DNA of 64,000 nucleotides, from the NCBI GenBank assembly GCA_031459535.1, contig JAVKIJ010000001.1:32001-96000 (forward strand). Direction: 5' to 3'. Below the pieces are notes generated by a model. That model was not told the origin of the DNA. It was given only the letters and a program-made list of their open reading frames with translations, and searched no databases. This DNA comes from Candidatus Fervidifonticultor quintus (GTDB lineage: Bacteria > Sysuimicrobiota > Sysuimicrobiia > Sysuimicrobiales > Humicultoraceae). How positions within the stretch are numbered: the first letter of the stretch is position 1; each line of letters starts with the position of its first letter. A program made the position numbers and the translations under genes. Of the stretch, positions 48,621 to 57,182 are shown one piece after another.

Positions 48621-49116
48621 GCCTGAACCTGCCCACGCCAAGGAGCCTGGCCAACCGGTTTCCCAGCGCCTGTGGACGCCTAGGCGATGGCGTCGGTGCA
48701 GTCAGCGCCTCTCGAAGTGATCGAAGCTTCGCGTCCAGCGCGTCCGTCTCACGTCGCAGAGGCCACATCTGCCCCCGGTTGGTCCGTAGCTCAGCCCCCA
48801 GGGCGTGCACCCTCTCCGAGAGCTCATGCATGAGTTTCTCGCTGGCAATGGTGCGGGCACGCAGGGACACCAGGAGGGCCTCGGTCTCCCGTCGCTTGAG
48901 TTCCTCACGCCGCCTCTGGGCGTCGAGGCCCGATTCTCCCTCCAAGGCTCGCCAGGAGGCTTCGTCCTGGGCGAACAGATCGATCCCCTGCTCCAGGAGC
49001 CATGGCAGTCCCGCGTCGACTTCACGGCCGGCCATCTCAAGGGCTCGCCGGATCACAGCCCAGTCGTCGCTCAGCAACTCTACATCGATTGTCATTGCTT
49101 CAGCGAACTCCTGCAT
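48613..49116 (-). CDS. Hypothetical coiled-coil protein, first gene after riboswitch 2 (alternative start 49095)
   Basis: Heptad-rich ORF overlapping the next gene; lies just after the riboswitch terminator. Confidence 0.65.
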   Translation of the reverse strand: MQEFAEAMTIDVELLSDDWAVIRRALEMAGREVDAGLPWLLEQGIDLFAQDEASWRALEGESGLDAQRRREELKRRETEALLVSLRARTIASEKLMHELSERVHALGAELRTNRGQMWPLRRETDALDAKLRSLREALTAPTPSPRRPQALGNRLARLLGVGRFRRE

Positions 49117-49121
49117 CCCGT

Positions 49122-49161
49122 AAACAAGAAGCCCCTACCGATCCACAGATCAGTAGGAGCT
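49122..49161 (-). terminator. Riboswitch 2 expression-platform terminator
   Basis: AGCTCCTACTGATC-TGTG-GATCGGTAGGGGCT (14 bp, 2 G-U) followed by TCTTGTTT. Confidence 0.8.
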
Positions 49162-49201
49162 ATCAGCCTCGCGACATGAGGCGACGGCGAGCTCCATCGC
49201 C
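49153..49201 (-). ncRNA. Fluoride riboswitch (crcB motif) 2
   Basis: Minus strand GGCGATGGAGCTCGCC-GTC-GCCTCATGTCGCGAGGC-TGATAGCTCCTAC; P1 GGCGA/TCGCC, P2 GCCTC/GAGGC, pseudoknot GGAGC/GCTCC. Confidence 0.85.
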
Positions 49202-49229
49202 TATTCGATTTGAGCCTGCTTTGTAACAC

Positions 49230-49259
49230 AGTCTACCTTACCGGAAGTCACTGTGTCAA
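49230..49259 (-). promoter_or_regulatory. Putative promoter for the riboswitch 2 operon
   Basis: TTGACA(49259-49254)-18 bp-TAGACT(49235-49230). Confidence 0.6.
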
Positions 49260-50614
49260 CGCGCCGAATCGCGCCGCCTGAGATCTTACCCTGGGGCCTA
49301 TCGTCGCGTCATAGAAGATCTTACCGAGCCAAACCGGCATGCCAGGGTCCTGGGAGTAGAGATGAGCCCTACGTCGAGACGAGAATACATCCAGGCAATC
49401 CGCCAGCGCTATGTCCGCGCCCCGCGTGCTGTCAAGCAGCACCTGCGCGATGAGGTCTGTGCCGTGACTGGGTACCAACGCAAGTACGCTAGCCAGGTCC
49501 TCAACAGCGCGTCCCCGGCCAAGCACCCGTGTCCCCGGCGGCGCCGGGCTCCCACGTACGGCGCCAGGACCATCGCCCTCCTGGCCGCAATTTGGGAAGC
49601 CGCCGGGTACCCCTGGTCGGCGCGGCTCAAGGCCCTGCTGCCGCTCTGGTTGCCCTGGGCCACGCCGCGGTTTGCGATCACCCCCGAGCAGGAGCGCAGT
49701 TGCTGACGATCAGCCCCCGGACCATCGACCGTCGCCTCGAGGCCACGAAAACCCACCTGCGGTGCCGCCTCTATGGTCGCACCAAGCTTGGCACGCTACT
49801 CAAGCACCACATCCCCCTCAAGACCGATCGGTGGGACGTCACCACCCCCGGCTTCGCCGAGACGGACTTGGTCTCGCACTCCGGCAACGCCGCCGACGGC
49901 GAGTTTGTCCACTCCCTCAATCTGACCGACATCCAGTGCACCTGGGTCGAAACCCGCGCGGTGCTGGGCCGCGGGCAGACCGGCGTCCTCGCAGCCGTGG
50001 ACGAGATCGCGGAGGATCTCCCCTTTCTCCTGCGAGGACTAGACGCCGACAACGGCTCCGAGTTCATCAACCACCACCTCTTCCGGTACTGCCAGGACCA
50101 CGGGATCCAGCTCACCCGCGGCCGGCCCTACAAGAAAGACGACAACGCCCACGTTGAGCAGAAGAACTGGACGCACGTCCGCAAGCTTCTGGGCTGGGAT
50201 CGCTACGACTCCCACCAAGCCCTGGAGGCGATCAACGACCTCTACCGCCACGAGCTCCGGCTCATGATGAACCTGTTCCAGCCCTCGGTGAAGCTCGTCC
50301 GGAAAGTCCGCGTCGGCTCCCGGCTCAAGCGGGTCTATGACCGGCCCCAGACGCCCTTGGATCGTCTCCTGGCCACCGGCGCTGGCGACCCGGCGAAGGT
50401 CGCCGCCTTCCAGCAGCTGCGCACGCGCCTGGATCCCTTCGCGCTCACCCAGCCGATCGATCGGAAACTCGCCCGAATCTACCGCCTCGCGAACCACCGC
50501 CCCAGCCTCCCGTGCGTCGCCCCGCCACAAGGTCCGCCAGTGAAGTGCAAGGGGTGGGGTCCCGGCAGTGCCGCCGCGGAGGACTGGTTCGTCATCCGCG
50601 CGAAAGCAGACTGA
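49254..50614 (+). mobile_element. Decayed insertion sequence (rve/DDE, ISNCY- or IS481-like); left end present, right end not found
   Basis: TGTCAAC terminus, two subterminal repeats ending AGATCTTACC (49281, 49316), then the transposase. Confidence 0.7.
49362..50614 (+). pseudogene. Frameshifted DDE transposase/integrase
   Basis: N-part SRREYIQAIRQRY..WEAAGYP continues in another frame near 49697 as QLLTISPRTIDRRL; catalytic ETD..DADNGSEF..EQKN. Confidence 0.85.
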
Positions 50615-50651
50615 GAAAGCCCTGGGGCATCCTTCGGTGGAGGATTTTGCC

Positions 50652-52493
50652 ATGTTCGGATGGACCGGAAACATCCTCAGAGTCGATCTGACGCACAAGA
50701 CATTCCGAAGAGAGACGTTCGACGAGGCATTCGCCCACAAGTGGATCGGCGGCCGGGGATTCGCCGTGAAGACTCTCTGGGACGAGCTCGAACCGGGCAT
50801 TGATCCCTTGGGGCCCAAGAACAAGTTCGTCGTGGCCCTGGGCCCCATCGCCGGCATTGCCGCGCCCAATACGGGCAAGACCGTGGTCGCGGCCAAGTCG
50901 CCGCTGACCGGAGGGTACGGGGACGGCAACCTGGGCACCCGGGTCACGGAGCAACTCCGAAAGGCCGGCTACGACATGCTCATCGTCGAGGGGGCGGCGG
51001 AAGCACCCACGGTCCTCTTCATCGAGGATGATCGGGTGGAGTTCCACTCTGCCGCCGAGGTCTGGGGCCAGGGGACGTACGCAACTCACCACTGGATCTA
51101 CGAGCGCTACGGCAAGACGGTTGGGGTGCTGGTCATCGGGCCCGGAGGGGAAAACCTCAACCGCTATGCCGTGGTCCGGAGCATGGAGGGACGCTCGGGC
51201 GGCCGGCCCGGGATGGGCGCGGTGATGGGGTCGAAGAAACTGAAGGCCATCGTGGTGAGGGGGCGCGGGTCCGTTCCCCAGGCCGATCCCGCAGCCATGA
51301 AGAAGCTGGGCTCCGCCGACCTGCGCGCGGTGCACCAGATCGACAAGAAGACCGGTTGGTCCCTCCAGGGCACCACCGGCATTCTCGCGTGGTGCAATGA
51401 GGTGGCCGCGCTGCCGGTCCGCAACATGAGGAAGACCCATCACCCTGATGCCAGGTTCATCGACGGGGAGCGGCTGCACGAAGCGCGGGTGGCGACCTAC
51501 GGCTGTCCGATCTGCACCATGCCCTGCGGGATCGCCATCCACGACCGCGAAGGCCGGGAGTCCGAACTCGACTACGAGAACATCGGCATGCTAGGCAGTA
51601 ACCTGGAAATCTTCGAACTCGACCAGGTTGGCTCCCTCAACTTCCTGTGCGACGACTACGGCCTGGATACCATCTCTGCCGGCGGCGTCCTCGCCTTCTA
51701 CGCCGACGCCATCGACCGGGGAGCGGTCAGTGGCGATTTCCGGTTCGGCGATGGCGAGCGAGCCAAGGTGCTGCTCCGTCTGGCGGCCCTCAGGGAAGGG
51801 GAGGTGGGCAACCTGCTGGCCGAGGGCACCATGCGCATGGCGCAGAGATTCGGCCGGGGCTCAGACGCCTACGCCATGCACGTCAAGGGGATGGAGATCT
51901 CCGCGTACAACTGCAAGCTCTCGCCCGCCATGGCCCTGGCGTACGGGACGAGCCCGATCGGTGCGCATCACAAGGACGCCTGGGTGATTACCTTCGAACT
52001 CAACCAGACGGTTCGGGATTCCTACGGCCGGGAGAAAGCTCAAAAGGTCGTCGAGCTGCAGAGGATTCGGGGAGGCTTGTTTGAGTATCTGATTGCGTGC
52101 CGCTTTCCCTGGATCGAGGTCGGCTGGGAACTCGATCACTATCCGGTGTATTTCAACACCGTCACCGGGCTCCACTGGACGCTGGACGACTTCTGGAAGG
52201 TCAGCGACAGGATCTACGCACTCATGAAGTTCTTCTGGTTGCGGGAGTTTCCGGATTGGAACCGCAAGATGGACTACCCGCCTATGGTCTGGTTCGATCC
52301 CGCCAACGCCGATACCGACGGACCCATCGCGGGCAAGGTCCTCGATCTGGCACAGTACGACCGCCTCCTGAGCCACTACTATGATCTCCGCGGCTGGGAC
52401 GAGAGAGGCGTGCCAACCCGGAGGACGGCGGCAGCCCTCGGCCTCGAGGACGAAGCTCGGCGGGCGGAGACGTTCGGAAGGTTGGAAGACTGA
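50652..52493 (+). CDS. Tungsten aldehyde:ferredoxin oxidoreductase family, FOR-like
   Basis: IGGRG, KSPLTGGYGDGNLG, GRPGMGAVMGSKKLKA, CPICTMPC, ELDYEN, DDYGLDTIS, GAHHKDAW, YYDLRGWDERG. Confidence 0.93.
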   Translation: MFGWTGNILRVDLTHKTFRRETFDEAFAHKWIGGRGFAVKTLWDELEPGIDPLGPKNKFVVALGPIAGIAAPNTGKTVVAAKSPLTGGYGDGNLGTRVTEQLRKAGYDMLIVEGAAEAPTVLFIEDDRVEFHSAAEVWGQGTYATHHWIYERYGKTVGVLVIGPGGENLNRYAVVRSMEGRSGGRPGMGAVMGSKKLKAIVVRGRGSVPQADPAAMKKLGSADLRAVHQIDKKTGWSLQGTTGILAWCNEVAALPVRNMRKTHHPDARFIDGERLHEARVATYGCPICTMPCGIAIHDREGRESELDYENIGMLGSNLEIFELDQVGSLNFLCDDYGLDTISAGGVLAFYADAIDRGAVSGDFRFGDGERAKVLLRLAALREGEVGNLLAEGTMRMAQRFGRGSDAYAMHVKGMEISAYNCKLSPAMALAYGTSPIGAHHKDAWVITFELNQTVRDSYGREKAQKVVELQRIRGGLFEYLIACRFPWIEVGWELDHYPVYFNTVTGLHWTLDDFWKVSDRIYALMKFFWLREFPDWNRKMDYPPMVWFDPANADTDGPIAGKVLDLAQYDRLLSHYYDLRGWDERGVPTRRTAAALGLEDEARRAETFGRLED

Positions 52494-52503
52494 GCCGCCG
52501 ACG

Positions 52504-52731
52504 ATGAAGGTCACGGTGAAGCTGATCGGCGGCTTTGTCTACGCCGCCGGATTCAGCGAGAAGACATTCGAGCTCGCCCCCGGCAGCACCGTGGAGACCG
52601 TGCTCGAGTCGCTGGGGCTGGACGCATCGATACCGAAGATCGTGGCCCGCAACGGCGCCGTGGTCGCCACGGAAGAGGCGCTGGAAGAAGGCGACCGTGT
52701 GGTCATCTCCCCCATCTATTCAGGAGGATGA
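52504..52731 (+). CDS. MoaD/ThiS family sulfur carrier
   Basis: 75 aa ubiquitin-like protein ending in GG, directly after the oxidoreductase. Confidence 0.9.
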   Translation: MKVTVKLIGGFVYAAGFSEKTFELAPGSTVETVLESLGLDASIPKIVARNGAVVATEEALEEGDRVVISPIYSGG

Positions 52732-53937
52732 CCGCCGTACCCGCGGCAGCAGGGCCAGGGCGCTGCCGGCAGCGACGCACCCGCTGATCGCCAGGGCCAC
52801 CGGCGCACCCAGCAGCGTCGCCAGCAGTCCGACCCCGAATCCCGTCACCTGGTTGAACCCGATGGTGGCGGAGTAGAATCCCTGCACCCGTGCCCGCATC
52901 TGGTCAGACGCCGCCAGCAGCAGCACGGTGGCCATGCCAGCGTCGTAGAGGCTGCCGAGCGCGCCCACGGCCCCGACCAGGGCCAGCGACGCAGGGTACC
53001 AGGGCGATAGGCCGAACAGCGCAACTGCCAGCCCGAAGCCGATGGCCGTGGTCACCGTGAAGCGGTCCTTGTGGGCGAGATCACCCTGCGACGCCAGCCC
53101 CAGGGTGGCGGCCAGTTGCCCCAGGCCGCCGGCCGCCGAGAGATACCCGAGCCCGAGGCCGCCAACCTGGAGCACGTCGCGGGCCACGACGGGGAGCATC
53201 GAGCTGTAGGAGAACCCAAACCCCTCGGTCATCAGGCTGAGCCAGAGGAACTGACGGACCTGCGGCGTGCGCGCCACGTATCGGACGCCGCTGGTGACCG
53301 CCGCCAGGAACGGCTCGGCCACCCTGCTGGGTGTGGCCTGAGTCTGCAGGGCCAGCACACAGGCAGCCCCGGCGACGTGCGCTGCCGCCGCCAACACGTA
53401 GTTCTGGCCGATGCCGAAACGGTCGATGATGTAGCCGCCGGCGACGGCCCCGATGACGCGCACGGCGCTGCCCGCCATGAACCGGAAGACGCTGGCGTTG
53501 AGCAGCCGGGCCTGCCCCACCAGGTCGTAGGTGAGCCCGCTGGAAGCCGGCTTTTCCAGCGCCGAGGTGACACCCGTCAGCAGGGAGAAGGCGATGACGT
53601 GCCCGAGGCGCACAGCACCCCACAGCACCAGCGGCGCCAGTACCAGGAGCCCCAGCGCCGGCAGGATCTGACTCAGGAGGAGGAGGCGGCGGCGGTCCAT
53701 GCGATCCCCGAGTACTCCACCCGGCACACTGAAGGCAAACAGGCCGACGCCGCGCACACCCGCCACGATCCCCACCCAGAACGGCGAGTTGGTCATCTCC
53801 AACGCCAACCAGCCATTCGTGAGCGTCTCGACGGTCCAGGCCACGGCGCTGAAGAGGGCGCTCAGCCACAGCCAGCGGAACCCGGGCGCTTCGAACGCCC
53901 GGGTCGTCCCGGCGCGTCTCGTCCGGTCATGTTGCAT
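52720..53937 (-). CDS. MFS transporter (MFS_3-like)
   Basis: FRWLWL..SPFWVG..GGVLGDRMDRRRLL; multi-TM. Confidence 0.88.
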   Translation of the reverse strand: MQHDRTRRAGTTRAFEAPGFRWLWLSALFSAVAWTVETLTNGWLALEMTNSPFWVGIVAGVRGVGLFAFSVPGGVLGDRMDRRRLLLLSQILPALGLLVLAPLVLWGAVRLGHVIAFSLLTGVTSALEKPASSGLTYDLVGQARLLNASVFRFMAGSAVRVIGAVAGGYIIDRFGIGQNYVLAAAAHVAGAACVLALQTQATPSRVAEPFLAAVTSGVRYVARTPQVRQFLWLSLMTEGFGFSYSSMLPVVARDVLQVGGLGLGYLSAAGGLGQLAATLGLASQGDLAHKDRFTVTTAIGFGLAVALFGLSPWYPASLALVGAVGALGSLYDAGMATVLLLAASDQMRARVQGFYSATIGFNQVTGFGVGLLATLLGAPVALAISGCVAAGSALALLPRVRRSSS

Positions 53938-53960
53938 GGGCCATCAGGGGAAGGGATTGA

Positions 53961-55211
53961 TTACCCTGACGGCCGCGCCGTAGGGTCGGACGCCTGACCG
54001 ATTGCGATTGGTTGCTCCGGGTCGATCGCCTGCAGCTGCGGCTGCACCAAGTCCGCGTACTTCATCCCGGCACCGGTCAGCAATAAGAGCACACGATCAT
54101 CAGGGCGGAGCGCTCGGCTCTCCAGCAACGGGTCCAGGGCCGCCACAGTCGCCGCCGCCTCTGGGGCCGCGAAGACGCCCTCGAGCCTGGCCAGCTCGGC
54201 CATGCCGGCCTGCAGGTCGGCGTCGGTGACCGCGAGCGCGCCCCCCTCGCTCTTGCGGATGGCCCGCAGGATGAGGTAGTCACCGATCGCCGCCGGCACG
54301 CGGAGGCCGGCGGCGATGGTGTGCGCGTTCTCGAACGGCTCCGCATACGGCTGGCCCGAGCGGAACGCGCGGACAATGGGCGCGCACCCGGCGGCCTGGA
54401 CGGCGAACATCCGAGGCCGTCGCGGGCCAATCCAGCCCAGGGCGTCCATTTCCTCGAAGGCCTTCCAGATGCCGACGATACCGGTGCCGCCGCCGGTGGG
54501 GTAGACAATGGCGTCGGGGAGATCCCAGCGGAGTTGCTCGGCGATCTCGTATCCCATGGTCTTCTTGCCTTCGACACGGTACGGTTCTCGGAGCGTGGAC
54601 AGATCGAACCAGCCGCGCGCCCGTGCTACCTGACGGAGCACGCGACCGGCGTCGTCGATCAGACCCCTGATGCTGTATGCGCGGGCGCCATAGATGGCAC
54701 ACTCGGCCTTGTTGATCGGCGGGGTGTCCTCGGGCATGACGATGTAGGCGTCCAGTCCACCCCGGGCCGCATAGGCCGCCAGCGCCGCCCCCGCGTTGCC
54801 CGCCGTGGGCATGGACACCGCCCCAACCCCCAGTTCCCTGGCGCGCGATGTGGCCACGCATAGCCCGCGGGCCTTGAAGGTCCCTGTGGGGTTCTTGCCC
54901 TCGTCCTTCATCAAGATCTGACGGAGGCCGTAGCGGGAGGCCAGTCGGCGGGCTTCGAGGATAGGGGTCATGCCCTCGCCGAGGGTGAGCACGTGGCGCG
55001 GGTCGCGGATCGGGAGGACCTCGTGGTACCGCCACATGTCCGGGGGCCGGGCGCGCAGGGCGTCTTTGGTCAGCGAGCGGCCTGCGGCGACCAGGTCATA
55101 GCGTGGAAAGAGGACCTTGCCGCACTGCGGGCAGGTGCCGTGCAGGGCGTCGGCGTCGAGGATCGTCCCGCAATGGGTGCACTCCAGGTGGGAGAGAAAG
55201 CTGAAGGCCAC
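53961..55211 (-). CDS. Threonine synthase-like PLP enzyme
   Basis: N-terminal CxxC..CxxC, TLGEGMTP, NPTGTFKARG, PTAGNAG, EGKKTMG, PTGGGTG; start GTG 55211 after GAGGAGG. Confidence 0.88.
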   Translation of the reverse strand: MAFSFLSHLECTHCGTILDADALHGTCPQCGKVLFPRYDLVAAGRSLTKDALRARPPDMWRYHEVLPIRDPRHVLTLGEGMTPILEARRLASRYGLRQILMKDEGKNPTGTFKARGLCVATSRARELGVGAVSMPTAGNAGAALAAYAARGGLDAYIVMPEDTPPINKAECAIYGARAYSIRGLIDDAGRVLRQVARARGWFDLSTLREPYRVEGKKTMGYEIAEQLRWDLPDAIVYPTGGGTGIVGIWKAFEEMDALGWIGPRRPRMFAVQAAGCAPIVRAFRSGQPYAEPFENAHTIAAGLRVPAAIGDYLILRAIRKSEGGALAVTDADLQAGMAELARLEGVFAAPEAAATVAALDPLLESRALRPDDRVLLLLTGAGMKYADLVQPQLQAIDPEQPIAIGQASDPTARPSG

Positions 55212-55298
55212 GTCGATTCCTCCTCGGGTCTTGGACGGCAGGGCGATCGCCCCAGTCCAGAGTATACCCTGCGCAGCACTCACCCGAGGTGTGGTCGC

Positions 55299-56336
55299 AT
55301 GGAGCTCACTATTGTCGGTGCGGGTGCCGTCGGTGGCGTGATCGGTGCGCACCTGGCCAGGGCCGGCCACCGCGTCCAGCTCATCGACCGAAACCGCGAC
55401 CACGTGGAGGCGATCCAGCGTCATGGCCTACACGTGGGCGGCGTCGTCGACTTCACGGTGCACGTACCGGCGTGCCTGCCCGATGAGGCCGCCGGTCCGA
55501 TCCACACCATCATTCTGGCGGTGAAGACCCTCCACACGCGCGAGGCGCTGGCGCCGCTGGTACCCGCCCTGTCCCCGGATGGGTGTGTGGTCTCCATGCA
55601 GAACGGCCTGGAAGAGCCCAAGGTTGCTGCGCTGGTCGGCTGGCCGCGCACAGTGGGGGCGTTCCTCACCTTCGGTGCCTACTACGAAGGGCCGGGCCGC
55701 CTGGTCTACAGCGGTCCGGCATCGCTGCGGGTCGGCGAGCCCGACGGTCGCATCACCCCCCGCGTCCTGGCCCTCGCTGGGGTCCTCTCAGACTTTCACC
55801 CCACGGAGCCGACGGACAACATCTGGGGATTCCTGTGGGGGAAGCTGATCCTGGGCACGATCTACTTCGCCACGGCCACCGTCGACGCCGATGTGACGGA
55901 GATCCTCGCCCGCGATGAAAACCGGCGCGTCCTGGCCGAGCTCGCCACCGAGGCGTGTCAGGTCGCCGATGCCCTGGGGGTCCGCGTCGAGTCCGTGGAT
56001 GGCTTCAATCCTCATGCCGTTCGGACCGATGCGATGGCCAGTCCGACCGCGGCCGACGCCGCCTGGGCGGCGCAGGTGGCCTACTGGCAGCGGGGCACAG
56101 CGCGGCGGGCCGGCGTCTGGCGCGATCTGGCGATCCATCACCGGAAGACCGAGGCGGAGCCGATCCTGGGAGCGCTGATCGAGGCCGCCCTGCGGGCCGG
56201 CCGGCCGGTGCCCCGCGTGCGGGCGCTCCTGCGGATCATCGGCGAACTGGAAGGAGGGCGCCGGCGGATGGGGTGGGCCAATCTCTGGGAGATCGCGCGG
56301 GCTGGCCCCGGCTCGTCAACCCGGTTGCCGGGCTAG
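55299..56336 (+). CDS. Ketopantoate reductase family oxidoreductase
   Basis: GAGAVGG, LAVK, SMQNGL, LWGKL, RKTE. Confidence 0.88.
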   Translation: MELTIVGAGAVGGVIGAHLARAGHRVQLIDRNRDHVEAIQRHGLHVGGVVDFTVHVPACLPDEAAGPIHTIILAVKTLHTREALAPLVPALSPDGCVVSMQNGLEEPKVAALVGWPRTVGAFLTFGAYYEGPGRLVYSGPASLRVGEPDGRITPRVLALAGVLSDFHPTEPTDNIWGFLWGKLILGTIYFATATVDADVTEILARDENRRVLAELATEACQVADALGVRVESVDGFNPHAVRTDAMASPTAADAAWAAQVAYWQRGTARRAGVWRDLAIHHRKTEAEPILGALIEAALRAGRPVPRVRALLRIIGELEGGRRRMGWANLWEIARAGPGSSTRLPG

Positions 56337-57130
56337 ACCCGGGTGCCGAGGCCGCTGGCTGCGGCCATGTGCGTGCGGCCGCAGTGCGCCCCGCCCGTGA
56401 CATAGAGGATCTCGCCGTGGACGTAACTGGCGCGCTCCGACGCCAGAAAGAGCACGGCGCTAGCGACCTCGTTCGGGCTGCCGGTCCGTGCCAGGGGAAT
56501 GGCCGCGAGCATGTCGCGGACATACGGGTGGGGCGCTTCGTCGCCCTGGCGCAGGACGCCGTCGAGGAACAGACCCGGTGCCACGGCGTTGACGCGGATC
56601 CCATACGGCCCCAGTTCAATGGCCAGCACGTGGGTGAGCATGTTCACGGCTGCCTTCGATCCGCAGTAGTGGGCTGCGCCGGCCCGGGCGGAGGTCGCCG
56701 CTGCCGACGAGATGTTGACGATGGCGCCCCGGGCCCGGCGGGCGATCATCTGGCGGGCGACCGTTCGGCAGGTCAGCATCGTTCCCTTGACGTTCACGTC
56801 GAAGACCTGATCCCACTCTTCTTCGTCCATGTCCACCACGAAGCGCGTTGGGACATACCCGGCAAAGTTCACGAGGACGTCCACGGGGCCAAGCAGGCGG
56901 CTCCCTTCGCTGACGACCCGCTCGATGTCGGTCGCCGATCGCACGTCGGCTGGAATCGCGGCAACCGGCGCCCCCGCGTCCCGGGCCGCGGCGGCTGTTT
57001 CGGCGAGCGGGGCTTCGGCCAGGTCGGTGAGCAGCAGACATGCTCCTGCGCGGGCAAAGGCCAGCGCGCACGGCGTGCCCAGGCGGCCCGCCGCGCCGGT
57101 GATCATGACCACGCAGTTCTCAAACTCCAC
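56333..57130 (-). CDS. SDR family oxidoreductase
   Basis: TGAAGRLG, VNFAG, NISS, YCGSK, IRVNAVAPG. Confidence 0.9.
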   Translation of the reverse strand: MEFENCVVMITGAAGRLGTPCALAFARAGACLLLTDLAEAPLAETAAAARDAGAPVAAIPADVRSATDIERVVSEGSRLLGPVDVLVNFAGYVPTRFVVDMDEEEWDQVFDVNVKGTMLTCRTVARQMIARRARGAIVNISSAAATSARAGAAHYCGSKAAVNMLTHVLAIELGPYGIRVNAVAPGLFLDGVLRQGDEAPHPYVRDMLAAIPLARTGSPNEVASAVLFLASERASYVHGEILYVTGGAHCGRTHMAAASGLGTRV

Positions 57131-57182
57131 AAGGTCCTCCTCAGGCTGGGGCCGCACGGTGTGCGGCCCGACGTGATGCTGG

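Noticed and set aside
49680-49710. Programmed -1 frameshift in the transposase
   Set aside because: No slippery heptamer at the junction; a single-base loss explains it
50615-50651. Moco/Wco riboswitch upstream of the tungstoenzyme
   Set aside because: Gap too short and no motif; the native leader was probably lost at the IS junction
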